DNA of 32,000 nucleotides from Pirellula staleyi DSM 6068 (lineage in GTDB: Bacteria > Planctomycetota > Planctomycetia > Pirellulales > Pirellulaceae): the NCBI GenBank assembly GCA_000025185.1, contig CP001848.1:6120001-6152000 (forward strand). Reading direction: 5' to 3'. The notes beneath the pieces are model-generated. The model was given only the letters and a program-made list of their open reading frames with translations. It was not told the origin of the DNA and did no database searches. A program made the translations under genes and the position numbers. Below, piece after piece: positions 18,037-26,028 of this stretch (the first letter of the stretch is position 1; each line of letters opens with the position of its first letter).

Positions 18037-18456
18037 TTGGCAGCGGATGCAAGCAACGTCTTTCGACAGCTGATGAAGGATCGCCCTGTGACGCAAGACA
18101 TCAACGTACTGGCTTTGGTCAAAGGCGAAGAGCGTTATATCTTCCTGTTCGACGACGCTCATCGCTCGGAAGCCTTGCGTACCCTCGGTCGATTTGCCTC
18201 GAATCCTCAGCTCAGTTTCTCGTGGTACGACGCCGCTGTCCTCTCACAGCGCATTCGCCAAGTGACGGAAGAAGCCGAAGAGGCTCGCGCCGCTGCTGAG
18301 GCTGAAACTGTCGCCGCTGATCCCGTGACCGGTGAACACGACGAACAGATTCGGATCGACATCCAGCCGATGCCCAAGATTGTGCCTCAGCCTCACATGA
18401 ACAAGCCTCGCTTCAAACTTCCTTTGCCAAGCGATAACTGGCAAGCGGAAGAGTAA
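18037..18456 (+). CDS. Hypothetical protein (139 aa from TTG 18037; alternative ATG at 18073)
   Basis: This is the only coherent ORF between the lipoprotein gene and xerC. The product has a compact N-terminal domain (VLALVKGEERYIFLFDD...LSFSWYDAAVL) and an acidic Ala/Glu-rich tail. I recognise no family. Confidence 0.6.
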   Translation: MAADASNVFRQLMKDRPVTQDINVLALVKGEERYIFLFDDAHRSEALRTLGRFASNPQLSFSWYDAAVLSQRIRQVTEEAEEARAAAEAETVAADPVTGEHDEQIRIDIQPMPKIVPQPHMNKPRFKLPLPSDNWQAEE

Positions 18457-18531
18457 AGTAGCTCAAGCCACCCTGAAGCGGGCCCATTCCTTTGCTCGCT
18501 GGCACGGGCATTCTCCTGGGAGCCGATTGCG

Positions 18532-19503
18532 ATGCATGCCGCCATCGGACAGTTCCTGCGATATTTAGTGGTCGAACGTGGCGCGGCTGAACTCACCAGC
18601 AAAAGCTATCGCGAAGATCTGACATCGCTGGCCGATTATCTGACGCAAGCCTATGGCCGAGAGCCCAAGCCGAGCGAGATCACGCCGCTCGATCTGCGCG
18701 GCTACGTGAGTGCGCTGCACGAAGCGGGTTACGCCAAAACGTCGATTGCGCGGAGGCTCGCTTCGCTCCGCACGTTCTATAAGTTTGCGCAGCGCGAAGG
18801 GATGGCTGATTCCAATCCGGCCAAGCCACTTCGCAATCCGCGAAAAGATCGCAAGCTGCCGCACTTCCTGGCGGGGGATGAACTGGGCAAGTTGCTCGAA
18901 GCTCCGCCAGCCGACGATCCCGCAGGACTTCGCGATCGGGCGATGCTCGAAACGCTCTACTCCGCCGGTCTTCGCGTCAGCGAACTAGTCGGTATGAACG
19001 ACGAAGATCTCGACCTCGACGAAGGGGTTGTACGCATCCGTGGCAAAGGTTCAAAAGAACGGCTCGCGCCGCTTGGCTCGTTCGCGTTGCGGGCCATCAA
19101 GAAGTGGTTGGCGCATCGCAAATTGGCCTCGATTTCGGTCAGCAGCACGCGCAAATCGGCGAGCAAAGCGGGCCATGGTACACCCGTGTTTACCAACAAG
19201 TTCGGGAAGCGGCTGACGACCCGCAGCGTGGCCCGCATGCTGGAAAAATACTTGAAGCTCACCGGGCTCGACCTGCGCACCACACCCCACACATTGCGTC
19301 ACACCTTTGCCACGCATCTGCTCGACCGTGGTGCCGACATTCGTAGCGTGCAAGAACTCCTGGGCCACAAGAGCCTCGTCACGACCCAGATCTACACTCA
19401 CGTCAGCACCGCTGCTCTCAAAGCGGTTTACGAGCGCGCTCATCCCCGCGCTCGCAACAAATCCGGCCGCCCCCCAAGCTCCAGCAGCAAAGAAGCGGGC
19501 TAA
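18532..19503 (+). CDS. xerC: Tyrosine site-specific recombinase XerC/XerD family
   Basis: The N-terminal SAM-like domain is FLRYLVVERGAAELTSKSYREDL. The catalytic residues are R (GLRVSEL), HTLRHTFATHLL (HxxR) and LGHKSLVTTQIYTHV (H...Y). I cannot separate XerC from XerD by eye. Confidence 0.88.
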   Translation: MHAAIGQFLRYLVVERGAAELTSKSYREDLTSLADYLTQAYGREPKPSEITPLDLRGYVSALHEAGYAKTSIARRLASLRTFYKFAQREGMADSNPAKPLRNPRKDRKLPHFLAGDELGKLLEAPPADDPAGLRDRAMLETLYSAGLRVSELVGMNDEDLDLDEGVVRIRGKGSKERLAPLGSFALRAIKKWLAHRKLASISVSSTRKSASKAGHGTPVFTNKFGKRLTTRSVARMLEKYLKLTGLDLRTTPHTLRHTFATHLLDRGADIRSVQELLGHKSLVTTQIYTHVSTAALKAVYERAHPRARNKSGRPPSSSSKEAG

Positions 19504-19548
19504 GCCTCTCGCTCGATCAGCGACGGAGACGATCATTTAGTGATGAGA

Positions 19549-19613
19549 GGCAGGCGGGAGCCTGCCCTGCAGAAACTGCCCTATCAAGAAGAGTGTGGCC
19601 GGTGGAACCGGCC
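19549..19613. terminator. Two GC hairpins between convergent xerC and the 19642-21075 gene (possible U-tract-less terminators)
   Basis: ggcaggc-ggga-gcctgcc lies at 19549-19566 and ggccgg-tggaa-ccggcc at 19597-19613. Neither has a flanking T-run. Confidence 0.3.
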
Positions 19614-19641
19614 CTACTTCGGTGTGTGATCGCCGAGCGAT

Positions 19642-21075
19642 TTAGCGGGAAGCGGTGGCTTCTTTGGTGCGGCGATCGACCTCTTGCTGCAGCGAGTTGT
19701 TGATCTCGACGAGTTGGCGATTCAGCTCTTTGTTCGAAAGATAAAGTCGGCTGAGATCAGCACGCGTCTTGTTCAGCTGCGTGGTGAGCGAAACCTGATA
19801 CTTGCCCAGTTCATCGCGTTCGTAAGCCACTTTCGCGAGATCGGCAGTGAGCTTGGTCTTCACTGAATCGAGCTGGGCAATCTGCTCGTCAGCTTTGGCG
19901 GTGGCAGCGGCGATGGTGTCGATATCGCGCTGCATGTTGGCAATCGTGTCGGCCAACATTTTTGCCTTACGAGCTGCCAATTCAAAGCCACCTTCGTAGT
20001 CGTTCAAGCGGCGCTGATAGATCGGCTCGATCTTCTCCGCAATGCCGTCGTCAATCAGCTGCTGTGCCGTGGCGGTGTCGAACACCCCTTCGCTACCTGG
20101 CTCGAACTCCACTTCTTTGCCAGCTCGCAGGTGTGGAACGATCGCCATCCCTTCAGTGTCATACGGCGAGCCAGATAACGCGCCCGATGCAGTGGGAGCA
20201 TCCACCACCATCGTGTGCGTGCGAACAAACTTCACCTTCATCCAAACTTCGTCGGGCGAGTCGCTATCGTCGGCTCGCTGGCCATCTTTCACGTACGAAG
20301 CAATCAGTTTGTCGTAGTCGGCCTGCGAAACGCTCGCTGGTTTCGGAATCATGGCAGTGATCTGAGCGGCATCGAGCCCCTCGAACGCATCGTGTCCATC
20401 CGGTGGAGCCGATTCGTAAAGCACCCAGGTGCCATCGACACGCTGAATGTCGGCAATCATTTCCGGCAGCAACGAGATTGCAGGCTGAACCGTGACCGAA
20501 TCGGGACCGACGCCGGTGACAACGAATTCGCCAAGATAGGCCATCGGAACCTTGTACAAGCCGTCAGCCGAGGGACCTTCTTTGAAAACGTGGAGGACCG
20601 TTTTGGCTTCGATGTTGTGTTTCTTCGGAGCAGCAGCGGCCGCAGGTGCAGCGGGATCGATGCCAGCCGCCGGAGGCGTGGTGCTGATGGTGGCGGTGCC
20701 GTCGGCGTTGATCGTGGGGGTGCATTCGCGCCAGACGCGGCCGCGATCAAGCAGCACGCGGGCGAGTTCTTCGCGGGCCGAATTCACCGAGGGAGTTTTT
20801 CCCAGGATGTCGGCTGGATCACCATGCGCAAGAAGTTCCTGCTTTTCGAGTTCGGCATCGAGGGCAGCAGCCGTTTTGTCGTGGAATTCAAGCCAGGCAT
20901 TTCGAGTTTTGAGCGTAAGCGAGGCGTAAACCACAAAGGCAACGGCCGCGCCGAACACGAAAAAACTAGCCGTGACGTGGAGCCAGCGCCACGTCTTGGT
21001 GTTCATGTAGGTGAGGAAGATGAAGAACAGGGCCAGAATGACGCCAAGCCCCTGAAATACAATCGCATTATCCAT
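19642..21075 (-). CDS. Membrane protein with two N-terminal TM helices and a long C-terminal coiled coil (hypothetical)
   Basis: The ATG at 21075 gives MDNAIVFQGLGVILALFFIFLTY...WLHVTASFFVFGAAVAFVVYASL, which forms two hydrophobic helices. The central region is mixed. The last 110 aa or so are heptad-like (KMLADTIANMQRDIDTIAAATAKADEQIAQLDSVKTKLTADLAKV...NKELNRQLVEINNSLQQEV). Confidence 0.75.
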   Translation of the reverse strand: MDNAIVFQGLGVILALFFIFLTYMNTKTWRWLHVTASFFVFGAAVAFVVYASLTLKTRNAWLEFHDKTAAALDAELEKQELLAHGDPADILGKTPSVNSAREELARVLLDRGRVWRECTPTINADGTATISTTPPAAGIDPAAPAAAAAPKKHNIEAKTVLHVFKEGPSADGLYKVPMAYLGEFVVTGVGPDSVTVQPAISLLPEMIADIQRVDGTWVLYESAPPDGHDAFEGLDAAQITAMIPKPASVSQADYDKLIASYVKDGQRADDSDSPDEVWMKVKFVRTHTMVVDAPTASGALSGSPYDTEGMAIVPHLRAGKEVEFEPGSEGVFDTATAQQLIDDGIAEKIEPIYQRRLNDYEGGFELAARKAKMLADTIANMQRDIDTIAAATAKADEQIAQLDSVKTKLTADLAKVAYERDELGKYQVSLTTQLNKTRADLSRLYLSNKELNRQLVEINNSLQQEVDRRTKEATASR

Positions 21076-21598
21076 GGAGGGCTCGAATTCCAGTAGGACG
21101 AAGAGTTGCCTTGCGACAGCCCCCTCGTGCCCGATCCTGTTGTGGGTCACCAGACGAAAGAAAAGGTCGCCCCACCGGCTTGCTACGCCCTCGAGGGGAG
21201 CAATGGGTAGAACGGGAGCGTGCGGCTTTGCGCCTCAAACTCTGCTGTCAGGATAATTTGGGCAAAGTGGAGCGTCAAGTTTTCCGGAGGTTCTCCGGCG
21301 TTTACCGGGCCCCTTGGGACGTCGCAAACGGCATTTTTTGCCGATCGTACCCCTACAAGTGGAATAATCGTTCAAGTCCGAACGCTTCGGGGCCCGAATC
21401 TTTCTTACGGCGAATGGTTCGCTTCCTCGATCATTCCGCCGGTCAATCGTTCCCCCCACGATCGATCTCCCCCAGCGACGGAAAGTAGGCTCGGCATCTG
21501 ATCGGATGCTGGGAGCTGCAGCGTCTCCTGGTGGTGGTCTGTCGGTTCAGTCAGAGCGATGTTGGGCCGCGCGGACCTTTGTAGGTACCAGCACGCGC

Positions 21599-22168
21599 AT
21601 GCCGCACTCCACGCAATCTAGCGAAGCTTCAGCCGACGCCAGTTGGCTCGTCGATCTGCTGTTCCATCTCCACTCAGCGAGCCGCAAGCTGCGTCGCTTG
21701 GTGGAAGAGGCAGTGGTTCCCCAGTCGCTTGCCATGGGACCACTCGTCGAGCACGAGTTGCTGCTCCTGTGGGCCTGCTCGGAGCCCAACTCCGAACAGT
21801 CGCAGCGCGAGCTGGCAGAATCGCTCGGCATCTCCCCGCCACAAATCAGTGCCCTGGTCGAGCGACTCCGCTCGCAAGGTGATTTGACCTGCGAACGTTC
21901 GCGAAACGATCGCCGACGACAGGTTCTCAGGCTCACCGAGCAAGGAACCGCGCGGCTCGAGGAAGCCCTCGCACAACTCGACCCGCATGCTTCGCACCTA
22001 GCGTCGCATTTTGCCCCGCCCATTCGCGCCGGCTTGGCCGATGCCCTTGGGACTTTGGCCAGCGCATCGACCACTAGTGCATCGACGACGAGCACGATCA
22101 GCAGTATACCGATCGCGCCTCCTGCCTCAGCTACCCCGACGAGCCTCGTAAGCGGAGCTGCCGCATGA
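21599..22168 (+). CDS. MarR family transcriptional regulator
   Basis: The winged-HTH signature is SQRELAESLGISPPQISALVERLRSQGDLTCERSRNDRRRQVLRLTEQG. The ATG at 21599 is preferred over 21506. The stop overlaps the next start (ATGA at 22165-22168). The C-terminal tail is Ser/Thr/Ala-rich. Confidence 0.85.
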   Translation: MPHSTQSSEASADASWLVDLLFHLHSASRKLRRLVEEAVVPQSLAMGPLVEHELLLLWACSEPNSEQSQRELAESLGISPPQISALVERLRSQGDLTCERSRNDRRRQVLRLTEQGTARLEEALAQLDPHASHLASHFAPPIRAGLADALGTLASASTTSASTTSTISSIPIAPPASATPTSLVSGAAA

Positions 22169-25100
22169 ACCTCATTCCCCCCCCAACCAACTCGATGAAT
22201 CCACGCTCAAGCTCCTCTCGCCTCAGCCTGCTGGCAGTCTGTCGGTCGCAACAACCACTTGTGGCGATGCTGCTGATGGCGGCGCTCGCGCTAAGTGGCT
22301 GCAGCCGCGCGTTCTACCGCCAGCAAGCCGACACGGAAGCGTATTGCCTGATTCAGCAGAAGGCCAACAATCCACACTGGGCGCTCGAAGGCTACACGAT
22401 CACGGTCGATCCGCGCTCACGGATGTTCGATCCGTTTGCTCCCGATTGTCCGCCGATGCCGCAAGATGATCCGGCATCCAACGAGTTCATGAACTGCGTC
22501 GATAACAAGCGGGGCTATCCCGACTGGACACGCAACGGCGTGAACGGCCAGATCGAGAACCCAGCCTGGGCGGCGTATATCGCGACCGATGACCGGGGCA
22601 TCGCGCAGGTGAATAGCGACGACGCCATTCGCCTGGCGCTGCTGAACTCGCGCGAGTATCAGCAGCAGCTCGAAAGCTTGTACCTCTCGGCTCTCGATGT
22701 CAGCTTTCAGCGATTCGAGTTCGATTCGCAATTCTTCGCGGGATACGGAGCGTTCTTCACCGCCGATGGACGTCGCCGCAGTGGTTCAGGTGGCGAGTCG
22801 AGCAGCATTCTCGATCTGAGCACCACCTCGTCGGGACCACGACCTTGGTCGATGACCAAGGCCTACAGCACCGGCAGTACGCTGGTTGTGGGACTGGCTA
22901 ACTCGCTCGTGTGGCAATTCAGCGGACCCGACGACTACAACGGCACCACGCTGATCGACTTTGCCTTCGTGCAGCCTCTGCTGCGCAATGCAGGTCGCGA
23001 TGTAGTGCTTGAAGGACTAACGCAATCCGAGCGCACGCTGCTGGCCGATGTGCGAAGCCTCGAGCAGTATCGCCAAGCGTTTTACGTCGAAATCATGACC
23101 GGCCGAAGTGCCGCGAACAATCTGGCCACAGGAAGCGGTGTCGGTGGCTACATGGGGCTGCTGCAATCGCAGCAGCAGATTCGCAACCAAGAGGACAACG
23201 TCGAACGACTTCGCAGCAACTTGTTCCGTCTCGAGCAAGTGCTGCAAGAACTGCGCACCCGATCGGGCGAACAAGGGCTGATCAACAACATCCTGCGGCA
23301 AGACTTGCAAGTAGCTCAAGCACGACAAGCACTCTTCAGTGCTGAAAGCCAACTCCTCACCAGCCGCAACGCCTATCAGGCCCAGCTCGACAACTTCAAG
23401 ATCACGCTGGGATTGCCTCCGCAGTGGTGCATGAACGTCGACGACCCAATGCTCGACCAGTTTCAGCTGATCGATCGCGAAACGGTGAACGAGCAGGAAG
23501 TGCTCGATGAAGTGATCAATGAATTTGGTGCCGTTCGTTTGCGAGTGACCTCGCATATCGAGAGCCGCGAAGTGCGTGATGAAGTTGATGCCGATCGCAC
23601 CCGCGTGCAACGTGTGCTGGCGTGGTATCCCGAGCTCCCGACCGACCTCGCTGAACTGAAGGATCGTTTACAGCCTCTGCGAGAAGCACGCGAGCGATTC
23701 CTGAACATCTACTTGCCACGCACAGAAGCCGACGTGAAAGCGTTCGAGGAGAGTATCGAACATCGCAAGGCGTTCATCGCTCGCTTGAAAGCACGGATCG
23801 AAGGGGATCGCGATATCGCATGCCCTTTGCTGCCGATTCCCGACATCAATCAAGAGATCTTTAATGTGCAGCGTCTCGAAGTGACGCGCGATGAACTCCG
23901 TCGTCAGCTGGGCGTGATCAAAATCAAAGTCGAAGAGGGATACGGGGCGCATCTCGACAAACGTGTCGCCTTGATCGACAAAGTGCTCGCCGAAGGGGAA
24001 ACCTGGACTCCCGAACAACTGTTCGAGAATCTCTATGAAGGGGTCCTCTACCCTAAGCGTGCCGAGGGGGAAACACTCGACGCGGTTACCGATCTGCTCG
24101 TCACGCTTCCAAGCGACATTCTCGGCATGCAGCTCGTGCAGGCACGTGCTCGGGCGGAAAGCATCGAGCTCTCGAGTATCGATATCCGGGCGGAACAGGC
24201 GATCAATGTGGCCCGCGAATATCGCCGCGACTGGATGAATGCACGTGCGGCGCTTGTCGATTCGTGGCGTCAAATCGAAGTGCAAGCCGACTCGCTCGAG
24301 AGTTCGCTCGACATCTTCTTCAGTGGCGATGTGGGCAATGTGGGACAAAATCCGTTCAAGCTCCGGAGCACCACCGGAAGACTCCGTGCGGGAATTCAGT
24401 TTGATGCTCCGCTGACACGTCTGGCGGAACGCAACAACTATCGAACCGCGCTCATTCAGTATCAGCAGGCTCGGCGCAATTACTATGCGTTTGAAGATCA
24501 GGTGGCTCGTCAGCTCCGCAGCACGCTGCGAACAGTGGCTGCTAACCAGGTGAACTTCGAACTGCAGCGGCTGGCGGTGCTCGAAGCGGCTCGCCAAATC
24601 GATCGCAACGAAGATATTCGAATCGATCAGGAACTCAACAATCAGTCGAGTGGTGTCACGGCAGCTCGCGATGCTGTGTCGGCGTTGTCGGACTTGCTCA
24701 ACGCCCAGAACAGCTTCCTGGCGATCTGGGTGAACTACGAATCGCTTCGCCGCTCGCTCGATCTCGACCTCGGTACGCTGCAGATCGACACCGAGGGTCT
24801 CTGGATCGATCCCGGGACGATCAGCGAAACCTATGGCGAGGATGATCCTTGGCTCCGCAAGTACGACGCGATGTCGGTGGAAGAGGATCTCGAGGGGATG
24901 CTCAACGGGGAACCGATCGGACCTGGATCACCACGGCGTCTCGATAACGAAGCGCCAGCGGAAGATGTGCCGGGAGAACTGCCACCACTTCCCGCTGGCG
25001 AAGAGACCCGCAATCGTCCGCTTCCTCCACGCGTGGCCGGACCAGTGCTCGATCGCGAGCCCGCTGTTCGACAAGCGACCCGCGAACTCCCTTCGCGCAA

Positions 25101-25500
25101 TCGCTCGCAGCCAGCCCCTCGCTTGGCGGTTCCTCGACCAGCAGCACCTCGCAATTTGAAACCAGCGGCTGGCCCTGCCCCGCTGGAACTGGGCGAAGCG
25201 ATGGGCCCCTCGCTTGGTAGCCCGCAGGATGAAATCTCCGATGAAGAGCCGCTGCTGGTACCACCTGTCGAAGGAATTACGCCAATTCCGGTCCCTGAAG
25301 CCGACGGCAAAGAAGCATCAACCGATGCACATGCTGGCACCACTATCTCGAGCGAAGCGAGCCAAGCTAGCTTCGCTGATGAGGATCAGCCAGCAACAAC
25401 TGGTGCGGTTCGGCCTGTGCAATTCAAGCGGATCAGCCGCGATCCAGCTCCGGCACCTTCGTCGCTACCAGCCGGACCGGTCCGGATGCATATCGAATAG
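22165..25500 (+). CDS. Oversized TolC-like outer membrane efflux lipoprotein (OMF/NodT-like), 1111 aa
   Basis: The lipobox is LALSGC. Two OEP-type repeats begin at AIRLALLNSREYQQQLESLYLSALDV and AINVAREYRRDWMNARAALVDSWRQIEV. About 200 aa are inserted between the two halves. The C-terminal tail of about 200 aa is Pro-rich and looks disordered. Confidence 0.85.
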   Translation: MNLIPPPTNSMNPRSSSSRLSLLAVCRSQQPLVAMLLMAALALSGCSRAFYRQQADTEAYCLIQQKANNPHWALEGYTITVDPRSRMFDPFAPDCPPMPQDDPASNEFMNCVDNKRGYPDWTRNGVNGQIENPAWAAYIATDDRGIAQVNSDDAIRLALLNSREYQQQLESLYLSALDVSFQRFEFDSQFFAGYGAFFTADGRRRSGSGGESSSILDLSTTSSGPRPWSMTKAYSTGSTLVVGLANSLVWQFSGPDDYNGTTLIDFAFVQPLLRNAGRDVVLEGLTQSERTLLADVRSLEQYRQAFYVEIMTGRSAANNLATGSGVGGYMGLLQSQQQIRNQEDNVERLRSNLFRLEQVLQELRTRSGEQGLINNILRQDLQVAQARQALFSAESQLLTSRNAYQAQLDNFKITLGLPPQWCMNVDDPMLDQFQLIDRETVNEQEVLDEVINEFGAVRLRVTSHIESREVRDEVDADRTRVQRVLAWYPELPTDLAELKDRLQPLREARERFLNIYLPRTEADVKAFEESIEHRKAFIARLKARIEGDRDIACPLLPIPDINQEIFNVQRLEVTRDELRRQLGVIKIKVEEGYGAHLDKRVALIDKVLAEGETWTPEQLFENLYEGVLYPKRAEGETLDAVTDLLVTLPSDILGMQLVQARARAESIELSSIDIRAEQAINVAREYRRDWMNARAALVDSWRQIEVQADSLESSLDIFFSGDVGNVGQNPFKLRSTTGRLRAGIQFDAPLTRLAERNNYRTALIQYQQARRNYYAFEDQVARQLRSTLRTVAANQVNFELQRLAVLEAARQIDRNEDIRIDQELNNQSSGVTAARDAVSALSDLLNAQNSFLAIWVNYESLRRSLDLDLGTLQIDTEGLWIDPGTISETYGEDDPWLRKYDAMSVEEDLEGMLNGEPIGPGSPRRLDNEAPAEDVPGELPPLPAGEETRNRPLPPRVAGPVLDREPAVRQATRELPSRNRSQPAPRLAVPRPAAPRNLKPAAGPAPLELGEAMGPSLGSPQDEISDEEPLLVPPVEGITPIPVPEADGKEASTDAHAGTTISSEASQASFADEDQPATTGAVRPVQFKRISRDPAPAPSSLPAGPVRMHIE

Positions 25501-26028
25501 CTCTCGAGCACCACCGATCTCCGCAAACAATTATCCACAATAGACTTACATCTATTTCTTCCGAGCAATTCGCCGTGATTCCCGGAAAACCATCGACACC
25601 CTGCCGCTGGCGTGGGGTTTAGTGAAGTACCGGGATCACGCGTCTACGCCCATTCCCGGTGCTCCCAAGGATCGCTTGGAACCTCCTGGGGCGTCGATGG
25701 AATCTTTCTCAGCCCTCTGCTTAGCGGCTGACTCGGCAACATCGACGAACCTTGATGGCTTAGTTGGCACCAGTAAACGACTTACGCTTCCCACCCCTGT
25801 GGTTGCCGTAACCTGGCGAAACTAGCCAAGAAAGATGTTTCCCGGCGATCCCCCAATAGCTAGAATACTGGGAGAGTAGCGATTGAATCAGCACCGACTT
25901 GCCAGTAGGAATAGTCGTTTCGACGATGATTATCTACCTAGCGAGTCTTGGAGCAGTCTCGATCTCCGCTCTCCCCGCCAGAATTTGTCCCCGCCCGCTT
26001 GCTCGACGACTCATAAAGGGTCCCAACC

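Noticed and set aside
18532-19503. Tyrosine recombinase considered as a phage or integrative-element integrase
   Set aside because: The sequence is XerC/XerD-like throughout. There is no adjacent tRNA, att-like direct repeats, excisionase or phage genes, and the neighbours are ordinary chromosomal genes.
20215-21096. 293-aa + strand ORF opposite the TM/coiled-coil gene
   Set aside because: It is a shadow ORF. The minus-strand frame gives coherent TM helices and heptad repeats, whereas this frame gives Arg/Gly-rich sequence without features.
23668-24597. 309-aa minus-strand ORF inside the TolC-like gene
   Set aside because: It is antisense to OEP-type repeats that read clearly on the + strand, and I saw no independent coding signal.
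25622-25825. 67-aa ORF (GTG start) in the OMF-MFP gap, plus ORF 25883-26086
   Set aside because: There is no SD and no motifs. Third-position GC is only about 57% by my count of 67 codons, which is inconclusive for coding. The second ORF overlaps the adaptor start out of frame. Both are treated as non-coding.
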